Shown: positions 37,399-46,604 of the stretch, piece by piece
How the letters are laid out: each line of letters starts with the position of its first letter
How positions within the stretch are numbered: the stretch's first letter is position 1
NCBI GenBank assembly: GCA_017936845.1
Contig: JAGBES010000001.1
Coordinates: 11,026 to 75,025 of the forward strand
From: Bacilli bacterium
GTDB lineage: Bacteria; Bacillota_I; Bacilli_A; RF39; UBA660
Direction: 5' to 3'
DNA length: 64,000 bases
Program-made: the position numbers and the translations under genes
The notes under the pieces: generated by a model
Databases searched by the model: none
Told to the model about the DNA's origin: nothing
Seen by the model: the letters and a program-made list of their open reading frames with translations, nothing else

Positions 37399-39179
37399 TG
37401 GATATAAAAGCGCAAATAGCTCCTAAAGGACTAGAATTTAAACCAAATCATTTTATAATAAGTGATAAATATGCTACTATTTTAACAGTTATATCTTATC
37501 CTAAAATAATTTCACCAGGGTACTTATCATCGCTTACAAGTATGTCTGGAATAAAAGTTGTTATAAAACACATTCCAGTACCATTTAGTATGATAAGTAA
37601 AATGTTAAATAAAGAAATATATGCTTTAAAACAAAGATATCAAGAAGAAAATGATAGAACTATTCAAGAAAGAATTAGACAGGATTATGAATCATTAGAA
37701 GTATTTATATCACAACTTGCAGCTAATCAATCAAAAATATTTGATTTTCAAATGCATATTATGATAACTGCTGATAGTGAAGATGAATTAAATAATAAAA
37801 AAATACAAGTAAGAAGTTATCTAGAAGCAATGGAAATGCGTGCATTTCCACTTAGATTTGAACAAGAAAAAGTATTAAAATCAATTTTACCTATATTTGA
37901 TAAACAAGATATAGAAGATAGAATAGGAACGCCAATTCCAGCTCCTACAATAGCAGCTATGTATCCTTTTATTTTTGATAGTATAAAAGATCCTGGATTA
38001 TCAGCATTATTAGGTGTAGATTTTTCAGGTGGAGTTATTCTATTTAATCAATTCCTATATCAAATAAAAAAAGAACACAATAGAAATAATGCTAATTTAA
38101 TTATTTTAGGTACAAGTGGTAGTGGAAAAAGTACTGCAGCTAAGTTGTTGATTAGAACTCATATAAGGAACAATTGTCAAGTTGTTATAATCGATCCAGA
38201 AGGTGAATTTGAACCAATGGCTAGAAGATATAAGGGCGATTTCATTGACTTAGGTAAAGGTGGAGAATATGGTATGATAAATCCACTTGAAGTAATAATA
38301 GATGCTGATGAAGATGAAATACAAGGTGGACTTGGATATACAGTTTTAACAAGAACATTACAAAGTATAAAAGCATTTATGAAGTACTATGATCCTAATA
38401 TAGAAGAAGATGTTCTTAATATGTTTAGTGAAATAGTTCAAGAAACATATAGAAGATTTGGAATGAATTTTGATACAGATTTTTCAAAATTTGGACCTGA
38501 AGATTATCCTACATTTAAAGATGTTTATGCTACTATAAAGGGTAGACTTGCATCAATGGTAGAAAAAACACATGAAAAAGATGTTATGGAAAGACTTGAA
38601 CTTAAAGTAAGACCAATAGTTAAAGAACTTAAGTACTACTTTGATGGGCATACGACAATAAGACCACAAAGTACATTTATAGTATTTAATATAAGAGAAC
38701 TTATGAATGCTGATACTAATATAAAGAATGCGTTGTTCTTTAATATATTAAAATATGCATGGGGATTAACTCTTGATAAAAGAGTAAATACAATATTAAG
38801 TGTTGATGAAGCACATGTGTTATTATCAGGAAATAATACTTTAGGTGCTGATTTCTTAGCTCAAATTCAAAGACGTGCTAGAAAATACAATACAGGTACA
38901 ATTATAATAACTCAACAACCAAGTGATTTTAGTGACCCAGGTGTTATAACACAAGGAAAAGCAATATTTGACAATGCTTCTTATTACTTAGTTATGGGTC
39001 TTAAAAAACAAGCTGTTGAAGATTTATCTAAATTAATAGATTTAAATGATAATGAAAAAGAAAATATTAAAAGATACAATCAAGGTGATGCATTATTCAT
39101 TTGTGGTAGTAGAAGAATGCAAATTAATATAATTGCTACTGAACAAGAACTAGATTCGTTTAGTGGTGGAGGATTTTAA
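37398..39179 (+). CDS. virB4: VirB4-family T4SS ATPase, middle and C-terminal ATPase domains
   Basis: Walker A LGTSGSGKST and Walker B ILSVDEAHVLL. The N-terminal IAPKGLEFKPNHFIISDKYATILTVISYP matches the VirB4 pattern d.iaP.s..f......g.y.r.l.v..yP. Confidence 0.88.
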   Translation: MDIKAQIAPKGLEFKPNHFIISDKYATILTVISYPKIISPGYLSSLTSMSGIKVVIKHIPVPFSMISKMLNKEIYALKQRYQEENDRTIQERIRQDYESLEVFISQLAANQSKIFDFQMHIMITADSEDELNNKKIQVRSYLEAMEMRAFPLRFEQEKVLKSILPIFDKQDIEDRIGTPIPAPTIAAMYPFIFDSIKDPGLSALLGVDFSGGVILFNQFLYQIKKEHNRNNANLIILGTSGSGKSTAAKLLIRTHIRNNCQVVIIDPEGEFEPMARRYKGDFIDLGKGGEYGMINPLEVIIDADEDEIQGGLGYTVLTRTLQSIKAFMKYYDPNIEEDVLNMFSEIVQETYRRFGMNFDTDFSKFGPEDYPTFKDVYATIKGRLASMVEKTHEKDVMERLELKVRPIVKELKYYFDGHTTIRPQSTFIVFNIRELMNADTNIKNALFFNILKYAWGLTLDKRVNTILSVDEAHVLLSGNNTLGADFLAQIQRRARKYNTGTIIITQQPSDFSDPGVITQGKAIFDNASYYLVMGLKKQAVEDLSKLIDLNDNEKENIKRYNQGDALFICGSRRMQINIIATEQELDSFSGGGF

Positions 39180-39200
39180 TAAAAGTTTGGCGGTGATTGC

Positions 39201-41177
39201 ATGAATGATGAAGAATTAGAAGAAATAGAAGAAGTAGAAGATGATTCATTAAACGATAGTTTTGAAAGAGGATATAATACTTCAAGTAATACAGTTGATA
39301 AAGCTATAAATTATTATAATGAATATAAGAATAATCAAAAAGCACAAGAAGCTAATTTAAATCATGATATGCAAGATACTGTCAATAATAATTTAAATCA
39401 AAATATTTCTACAAATAACTTAAATCAAGTAAAAAATTTAAATAATAATCAAAACACATCTAATAATGCTAATGATTTAGTAATGAAAGATAGAATAAAT
39501 TCATTAAAAAATGGTGGAAATGAAGCTACAAAAGAGGCAATTAATAAAGGTGTAAGTAATGCTAGTTCAAATGCTGGGTTACAAGCTCAAATTGCTTCAT
39601 CTGCTAAAAATATATCTGATGATATGAGACAACCTACAGTTGATAAAGAAGGTAACGAATTAGATGGTATAGATGCAGCTAAACAAAAGGGGTTAGATTT
39701 TTCAAAATCAGTTGGTAGAGAAGCAGGTAACATAGCAGGTGAAGTTGTTTCAGACTATTTTACTGCTGCAAGTGGTGGTTTATCTCAAGTATTCAAACCT
39801 GTAGTTAAAGCAGTAGCAGCTAAAACTAGTGAAATAGCAACAGCGCATGCAACTAAACAACTTTATGCAATAATTGGTATTATTTTCGGAATAATCATTT
39901 TGCTTATCTTATCTGTTTTATTTCTTTCTTTTTTTGCAAGTGAAAATTTAGGTGGTGGAGGTTCAGAAAGTGTTAGTTATGTTGCAGGATATGAAAAATG
40001 TTCTTCAATTACTGTTTCAGGATTAGGGACTTATTCACTTGAAGATTATGTTGCAGGTGTTGTTGAACATGAAGCATATAAAGATGGTGGTATTGAAGCA
40101 TTAAAAGCTCAAGCAGTAGCAGCTAGAACTTATGCTATAAATTCTACAAAAAATTGTACAACTTCAATTGGAAATTCACAGGCATCCCAAACTTTTTCAG
40201 CAAATCCATCTGAAATATCAAAGCAAGCAGCAAATGAAACAGCTGGTCAAGTATTAACATATGATGAAAAAGTTTTTTCAACTATGTATGATTCTTTTTG
40301 TTATAATGATAAGGATTGTCCGGATGCTGTAAAAAATGATGATGGAACATATTCTGTTACATATAAGAAACTTCCAAATAAAGAGACACATACAATTACT
40401 TTGAGTGACACAAAACAATATTCTAGAATTGTTGAAGGTGGTGGTCATGCATCAGGTATGAGCCAACTTGTATCTTATCAAATGGCTGCTTCAGGTAAAA
40501 AGTATGATGAAATTTTGAAATTCTTTTATTCAAGTAATGTTAAAATATCAAGTATTGTTAGAAAAAGTTCGCCAGGAACATTGGGAAAATTTAATGGAAG
40601 CTTTAATATAAGAACTTCTAAACCTTTATGGCTTAATTCACCTGAAAATAATTATTATAATCAAACAATAAATGGAAGTAACTGGTTTCAATGTGTTTGG
40701 TATGCTAAAGCAAGAGCATATGAAATTTTAACTACAATGACAAAAGCTAATGAAACAAGAAGACAAACTGCAATAGAAGCTTTATTAAATGCTCATGGTC
40801 ATGGATCACATTGGTATAATAATGCTCAAAATGATGGAAGTTTGTCTATATTTTCGTCAAGTGATGACTATACAAAACCTAGACCGGGAGCAATGGTTTC
40901 ATGGAAATGGAATTCATCAGGATGCATAAGTTATTATGGTCATAATTGTAGTAATGATAGTGAAAACTATGGTCATGTAGCAATCGTAGAGTCTGTAGAT
41001 GAGACAAAAAAAACTGTTGTTATATCAGATGGTTGGTATAGATGTGCTTCTTGGAATAATTATGACTGTTTTGGGTTTAGATCGAAAGAATACACTTATG
41101 ATTATATCAATAAATTTGGTGGTAATTATATATTTTTAGGATATGTTTATTTGACAGATTATGTTGGAGGATCTTAA
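39201..41177 (+). CDS. Membrane-anchored cell-wall hydrolase: SpoIID/LytB-like domain + CHAP domain (VirB1 functional analogue)
   Basis: Acidic and Asn-rich N-terminus, one TM (LYAIIGIIFGIIILLILSVLFLSFF), a SpoIID-like segment (YVAGVVEHEAY...EALKAQAVAARTYA) and a C-terminal CHAP pattern (WFQCVWYAKARAYE ... GHVAIVESV). Confidence 0.75.
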   Translation: MNDEELEEIEEVEDDSLNDSFERGYNTSSNTVDKAINYYNEYKNNQKAQEANLNHDMQDTVNNNLNQNISTNNLNQVKNLNNNQNTSNNANDLVMKDRINSLKNGGNEATKEAINKGVSNASSNAGLQAQIASSAKNISDDMRQPTVDKEGNELDGIDAAKQKGLDFSKSVGREAGNIAGEVVSDYFTAASGGLSQVFKPVVKAVAAKTSEIATAHATKQLYAIIGIIFGIIILLILSVLFLSFFASENLGGGGSESVSYVAGYEKCSSITVSGLGTYSLEDYVAGVVEHEAYKDGGIEALKAQAVAARTYAINSTKNCTTSIGNSQASQTFSANPSEISKQAANETAGQVLTYDEKVFSTMYDSFCYNDKDCPDAVKNDDGTYSVTYKKLPNKETHTITLSDTKQYSRIVEGGGHASGMSQLVSYQMAASGKKYDEILKFFYSSNVKISSIVRKSSPGTLGKFNGSFNIRTSKPLWLNSPENNYYNQTINGSNWFQCVWYAKARAYEILTTMTKANETRRQTAIEALLNAHGHGSHWYNNAQNDGSLSIFSSSDDYTKPRPGAMVSWKWNSSGCISYYGHNCSNDSENYGHVAIVESVDETKKTVVISDGWYRCASWNNYDCFGFRSKEYTYDYINKFGGNYIFLGYVYLTDYVGGS

Positions 41178-41179
41178 TT

Positions 41180-41869
41180 ATGAAGAAAAAATTAATATTA
41201 CTTATGTTTGGTATATTTATTTTTACTGGGTGCACAGTTAATTATAATTTAAAAATATCTGATAATGTTATTAATGAAAAAATAAGTATACAAGAATTAT
41301 CAGAAAAAATAGATACTTCTACAGCTGATAGAAATTTAAATAATACTTATTCACAATATAATAATAAAGGAGTAAAGAAATATAATACTTCTAAAGTAAT
41401 AAATGGTAATAAAACTGAATATAATTTAAATCAAACTTATTATTTAGATAGTGTCAGTTACATAAGAGCTTTTGATGAATGTTTTGATGCATATAATATT
41501 GTTTATGTAGATGATACTAGAAGTGAATATTTATTACAAACAAGTAAAGGATTTAAATGTATGACATATGAATATAATACAATAGATTCATATGTTGTAA
41601 ATATTGAAATAGATAAAAAAGTAATTAGTCATAATGCAGATTCAGTAAAAGGAAATGTTTATACTTGGAATATAAATAAAAATAATGCTGCTGATAAAAT
41701 AATAAGTATCCAATTTAAAAATGACCTTCTTGATTTAAAATCAGAAAAAGAAGAGAAAAAAGATTTCAATTATATGATAATATTTATAATTTTTGGTTTG
41801 ATAACACTAGTTTTAATAATAATTTTAGGACTAATAAAATCAATATCAAATAAGAATAATAAAATTTAA
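41180..41869 (+). CDS. Lipoprotein with additional C-terminal TM anchor (T4SS accessory; VirB8/TcpC-position candidate)
   Basis: Lipobox FIFTG|C and C-terminal TM MIIFIIFGLITLVLIIILGLI. It is translationally coupled to the hydrolase gene. Function is inferred only from position. Confidence 0.4.
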   Translation: MKKKLILLMFGIFIFTGCTVNYNLKISDNVINEKISIQELSEKIDTSTADRNLNNTYSQYNNKGVKKYNTSKVINGNKTEYNLNQTYYLDSVSYIRAFDECFDAYNIVYVDDTRSEYLLQTSKGFKCMTYEYNTIDSYVVNIEIDKKVISHNADSVKGNVYTWNINKNNAADKIISIQFKNDLLDLKSEKEEKKDFNYMIIFIIFGLITLVLIIILGLIKSISNKNNKI

Positions 41870-42020
41870 AGATTGTTGAAAAATAATTTTTTTATAAGTT
41901 AAAAATTGACATCTATTATAATTTTTAATTGTATTAATTATATAAATAATATACAATGATAATATATATATTTAAAAAATAAAATTGATGTTTAATATTT
42001 ATAGATAGGAGATTGTTATA

Positions 42021-42413
42021 ATGCAAAGAGAAGAAATACTACACAATGAAGATAATGAAAAAATGATGTATAAATTTAAAAATAAAGAATGTTATATGCA
42101 ACAACATGGTCCATTTTTATTTTTAAATGATGTTTCTAATGAATATTCAAATTCATGTGAATCTAGAAAATTTTATAGATGTGCATGTTTAAAATGTGGA
42201 AGAATAGGTACTTTTCAGATGAACGTAAGGGATAGAAGAAAAACCATATATACAAATAAGACCATAGGTTTAGAAATACTACAAGATTATTATGATTTAA
42301 GAAATGAATTATTAGAACTAATAAATAATAATTCACTAAAAACAGAAATTAAAATACAAGAAATTAATGAAAGATATAAAGTAGAAAAAGAATTAAAAAA
42401 AATAAAAAGATAA
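42021..42413 (+). CDS. Hypothetical small protein with CxxC motif
   Basis: 130 aa, soluble, with CACLKCG and a basic C-terminal coiled coil. No family recognised. Confidence 0.35.
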   Translation: MQREEILHNEDNEKMMYKFKNKECYMQQHGPFLFLNDVSNEYSNSCESRKFYRCACLKCGRIGTFQMNVRDRRKTIYTNKTIGLEILQDYYDLRNELLELINNNSLKTEIKIQEINERYKVEKELKKIKR

Positions 42414-42458
42414 ATTTGTATTAAAATTACAAAAACAACTTATTTTAAAGTTGTTTTT

Positions 42459-43811
42459 CTATTTTGATATAAAAATTCCTTTATAATACTTCCAAGCTAA
42501 TACTTTAAATACTAATTTATCAATAGTATCCTCACTTAATTCATTATCTTTAATAGCATTTTTAATTTCATTAAAACTTTCTTCATAATTGATTGTTATA
42601 ATTAAATTATTTCCAGCTAATAATGCTTTTAAATTTTTATTATCAATATTATTTAGGGCGTTCATATCTAAATCATCTGTTATAATAACACCTGTAAAAT
42701 TTAAATCATCTCTAAGAATATTGTGGGTATTAATAGATAATGATGACGGATTAGAATTATCTATAGAAGTTATTATATTATGGCTAACTAAAATAGCTTC
42801 AGCACCTGCATCTATTCCGACTTTAAAAGGAGGAATATCTATAGATAAAATATCATCATAGGATTTAGATGAAGTAGAACTTCCTGCATGAGTATCACTA
42901 TTACCACCATAACCAGGAAAATGTTTTAAAGTGTATGATACATTTGTTCCTTTACTAGCTTCTATTACTATTTTAGCATATTCTTTTACTTTAGAAGTAT
43001 CTTGTTTCAATGTTCTTTCGTAGATATAATCACTGGAATTAGTTGAAACATCAACTACAGGAGCTAAATTAACATTAAGACCTAATGAATATAATATTTC
43101 ACTTTTATATTTTGTGTCTTCTTTAATTTTTTCAAATCCACCATTATTATATAGTTCACTAGAAGATTTGAAAGGTTCATTTACTAATTTGGGATTACTA
43201 CTAACTCTAATAACTTTACCACCTTCTTCATCAACTGCAGTAAGTAAAGGTATACTAGAATTATTTTGTAATTTATCTATCATAGTTATAACTTCATTTT
43301 TAGTTTTATTTTTAAAATCTTTTTCATAAAAAACAAATCCACTAAATTTATATTTTTTTAAATCTTCTATTTGATTACTTGATGGATATCTTACTAACAA
43401 TAATTGGCCAATTTTTTCATCTAATGATAATTCTTTAAGTTTATTATAAGCCATAACATAATAATCACTAAAAATACCATTATCTAAGTAACTATTAGGT
43501 ATACCATTATTAGATATTGTTTCTTTTGTTTTTTCATAATTAATTACTTTACAATGTTGTTCATGGTTTTCTTTATCAATAACACCAGAATATTTAATAA
43601 TTATTTTATCACCTATATCAATATCATGTTCTTTTAAATTGAAAGTATAAATAATATCATTATCATCTTGAACAGTTATACTATCATTTTTAATACTTAA
43701 TACTTTACCAGTTAAACTATTTGTATCTTTTTTTTCTTTTAAATTAATGCTTAAAGTAATAGTAGTTAGTAAAATAAAAATAAAAGTTATAAATAAAAAT
43801 TTCTTTTTCAT
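42459..43811 (-). CDS. Exported glycoside hydrolase family 3 (NagZ-like beta-N-acetylhexosaminidase)
   Basis: N-terminal signal/anchor, a small beta-domain, then a GH3 N-terminal domain with LKHFPGYGGNSDTHAG (KHFPGHG..D.H motif) and VITDDLDM. Confidence 0.8.
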   Translation of the reverse strand: MKKKFLFITFIFILLTTITLSINLKEKKDTNSLTGKVLSIKNDSITVQDDNDIIYTFNLKEHDIDIGDKIIIKYSGVIDKENHEQHCKVINYEKTKETISNNGIPNSYLDNGIFSDYYVMAYNKLKELSLDEKIGQLLLVRYPSSNQIEDLKKYKFSGFVFYEKDFKNKTKNEVITMIDKLQNNSSIPLLTAVDEEGGKVIRVSSNPKLVNEPFKSSSELYNNGGFEKIKEDTKYKSEILYSLGLNVNLAPVVDVSTNSSDYIYERTLKQDTSKVKEYAKIVIEASKGTNVSYTLKHFPGYGGNSDTHAGSSTSSKSYDDILSIDIPPFKVGIDAGAEAILVSHNIITSIDNSNPSSLSINTHNILRDDLNFTGVIITDDLDMNALNNIDNKNLKALLAGNNLIITINYEESFNEIKNAIKDNELSEDTIDKLVFKVLAWKYYKGIFISK

Positions 43812-43994
43812 AATTTCACCTATTTAATAATATTAAAACTATTTAAAAATATGATATTACTTATATTTAAATATAAGTAATATTTTTATTATAATCAAAT
43901 ATTTTCTAAATATATATTTTAATTTAAAAATAATGTTTATTTAATAAAATTTATGATATAATAATTTTAGTTTATTTCTATGGAGGTTATATTT

Positions 43995-46187
43995 ATGAAA
44001 TTAAAATTTAGAGCAGAACCTAAAGATATATTGATTTTTGTAATCTTTTTAATTTTTTGCTTTTATATCGTATCTATTGGAGTATTAAATATAATGTCAA
44101 TATTAGAAGATGGTACTCTTCATGGTTTAAATCCATTTCCAATATTTACTTCTGATAGTTTTATACTAGCAATGATTATTTTTATAGCAATTTTAATATT
44201 TGCTTTTTCTAGTGTTTCATCATACTTTTTTGAAAGAGAAAAAGGTGTTGGAATAGCTGTAGGTAAAAAAGATGAAAAAGGTTATTCACGTTGGTGTAAA
44301 GATAAAGAAATGAGAAAAGCAAGTGATATTGTCGTTATAAAACCAACTGACGATAATATTCCAAAAGGTGGTATTCCAATTTATAATGATGGGAAAGAAG
44401 TTTGGATTGATACTGGTGGATATCATAATATGATAATAGGATCTACTGGTAGTGGTAAATCTGCTGGTATTGCTTTTCCATATATATATTCTATGGCAAA
44501 AGCTGGAGAATCAATGATTATTACAGATCCAAAAGGTGAACTTTTTAAAGGAACTGCTAAAGAACTTGAAAAAAGAGGATATAATATAATAATATTAAAC
44601 TTTCGTGAACCTGAGAAAGGTAATTGTTGGAATCCTTTTTCTATACCTTATAAACTTTATCAACAAGGAAATACAGATAAGGCTATAGAATTACTTGAAG
44701 ATTTAGCTAAAAATATTTTATATGATGAAAATAATAAAGGGCAAGATCCATTCTGGGAAAATACATCTGCAGATTATTTTGCTGGACTTGCATTTGCCCT
44801 ATTTCAAGATGCTAAAGAAGATGAAGTCAATATAAATAGTATTAATTATATGGCAACAGTAGGTGAAAATAAAATTGGTGGAACTACATACATAAAAGAA
44901 TATTTTAGCAATAAACCTACAACTTCTACAGAAAGCATAAAAGTTAACGCTACAATTACAGCTCCAAATGAAACAAAAGGAAGTATTTTATCAGTATTTA
45001 ATCAAAAAATACAATTATTTTCTTCTCGTGAATCTTTATCTGAAATGTTATCACATAGTGACTTTGATATGGAAGATATTGGTAGAAAAAAAACTGCTGT
45101 ATTTATAGTAATACAAGATGAAAAGAAAACATATCACTCACTTGTTACAATTTTCCTAAAACAATGTTATGAAACATTAGTTAGAGTTGCACAAGAAAAT
45201 CCAGGCGGTAAATTAAAATATAGAACTAATTTCTTACTAGATGAGTTTGCAAACATGCCACCTTTAAGTGATGTAGATGCTATGGTATCCGCAGCACGTT
45301 CAAGAAATATAAAACTGTCATTTATTATTCAAAACTTTTCACAATTAAATGATGTTTATGGAAAAGAAAAAGCAGAAACAATTAGAGGTAACTGTGGGAA
45401 TACAATTTATTTATTAAGTACAGAGCTTGCTGCTTTAGAAGAAATAAGTAAAATGTGTGGAGAAGTTAAATCTAAAAAAGATGATAAAACAGATTCTAGA
45501 CCACTAGTTACAGTAACAGATCTTCAAAATTTAAAAGAAGAAGAAGGATTGATTCTAAGATCAAGAATGCGTCCATTTAAAACCAAATTTAAATACCATT
45601 TTAAAATTAATTGGGGGATGACACAAGAAGAAAAAGAATATCCTGTAAGAGAAAAACAACAAGTAAAAATCTTTGATTTAAAATCTTTTGTAGAAGAACA
45701 AAGAGAAAAGAAAATAAATGAAATGTTAAATGGAAATTCATCAGAATTAAAAATGCCAACCCAAATGCCAGGAGGGTTTCCTCCACCAGGTTTATTTGGT
45801 ATGAAAGAAAAATCAAACAATAGTGGTGGATTTAATGTAGATGACTTAGTAAAAAGAATAGACGCTAAAATAGCTGAACTAGAAGAAGAAGAAAGAAAAG
45901 AAAAAGAAGAACAAGAAAAGAAAAATTCTAAAAAATCAACTGTAGAAAAAATAGAAGAAAAACCTAAAAAAGATAATAATAAAGTTGAAAATTCTGAAAA
46001 AGAGATTGAACATCCAATTGAAATAAGTAATAAAAAAGAACCAATAAAAGAAGAAATATTTAATGATGAAATAGTTGAAGATGAAATTATATCAGATGAT
46101 TTTATTGATACAAAAATAACTTATGATGAAGATGAAATTACTGATGATCAATTCTTTGATGATTTCTTTAGTGATGATGAAGAATAA
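43995..46187 (+). CDS. virD4: VirD4/TraG-family type IV coupling protein with acidic C-terminal tail
   Basis: Two N-terminal TM helices, Walker A IGSTGSGKSAG, ITDPKGE, Walker B FLLDEFANMPPL. The C-terminal ~150 aa are Glu/Lys/Asp-rich. RBS GGAGG precedes the ATG at 43995. Confidence 0.88.
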   Translation: MKLKFRAEPKDILIFVIFLIFCFYIVSIGVLNIMSILEDGTLHGLNPFPIFTSDSFILAMIIFIAILIFAFSSVSSYFFEREKGVGIAVGKKDEKGYSRWCKDKEMRKASDIVVIKPTDDNIPKGGIPIYNDGKEVWIDTGGYHNMIIGSTGSGKSAGIAFPYIYSMAKAGESMIITDPKGELFKGTAKELEKRGYNIIILNFREPEKGNCWNPFSIPYKLYQQGNTDKAIELLEDLAKNILYDENNKGQDPFWENTSADYFAGLAFALFQDAKEDEVNINSINYMATVGENKIGGTTYIKEYFSNKPTTSTESIKVNATITAPNETKGSILSVFNQKIQLFSSRESLSEMLSHSDFDMEDIGRKKTAVFIVIQDEKKTYHSLVTIFLKQCYETLVRVAQENPGGKLKYRTNFLLDEFANMPPLSDVDAMVSAARSRNIKLSFIIQNFSQLNDVYGKEKAETIRGNCGNTIYLLSTELAALEEISKMCGEVKSKKDDKTDSRPLVTVTDLQNLKEEEGLILRSRMRPFKTKFKYHFKINWGMTQEEKEYPVREKQQVKIFDLKSFVEEQREKKINEMLNGNSSELKMPTQMPGGFPPPGLFGMKEKSNNSGGFNVDDLVKRIDAKIAELEEEERKEKEEQEKKNSKKSTVEKIEEKPKKDNNKVENSEKEIEHPIEISNKKEPIKEEIFNDEIVEDEIISDDFIDTKITYDEDEITDDQFFDDFFSDDEE

Positions 46188-46211
46188 ACTTAGGAAAATC
46201 CTAAGTTTTTA
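46187..46211 (+). terminator. Intrinsic terminator after virD4
   Basis: AACTTAGG-aaaat-CCTAAGTT hairpin followed by a T-run. Confidence 0.7.
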
Positions 46212-46258
46212 AATTATAATTTGTTTAAAACAAAAAAAACTATTCATAATATAAATAG

Positions 46259-46522
46259 TTATAGATAATTTTGATATTTATTTTTATAAAAATCAAATAA
46301 ATCTTTTATTTGATTATAAGAAGTAGGGTTTATCCTGCTTTTTAAATCATTAAATATTGAATCACTATCTCCATAGAGTAAAGTTTTATATTCATTTTTA
46401 ATATAATAATAAATAATATCAATTTCTTTATCATTAAGTATAACATTTTCGTTTTTAGCAATGTTTTTAATATCATCTTTAGAAAGTGAATTAATATTTT
46501 TTTCAATAAACTTTAAAATCAT
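46259..46522 (-). CDS. Small hypothetical helical protein
   Basis: 87 aa from the ATG at 46522 (RBS GAGGTG). No family recognised with confidence. Confidence 0.4.
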   Translation of the reverse strand: MILKFIEKNINSLSKDDIKNIAKNENVILNDKEIDIIYYYIKNEYKTLLYGDSDSIFNDLKSRINPTSYNQIKDLFDFYKNKYQNYL

Positions 46523-46604
46523 AAGACACCTCATAATAATATATGAAAAAGTCTTAGAATAATAACTATGTATTTTAAATAAAATTAATTATAGAGGTGA
46601 TAAA

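Noticed and set aside
17303-46258. Search by eye for att-like direct repeats, an integrase, a relaxase, a DDE transposase or IS ends flanking the Tad/T4SS island
   Set aside because: None was found. Absence by visual inspection is not proof, and a computational repeat and HMM search is needed. The region is therefore not annotated as a mobile element.
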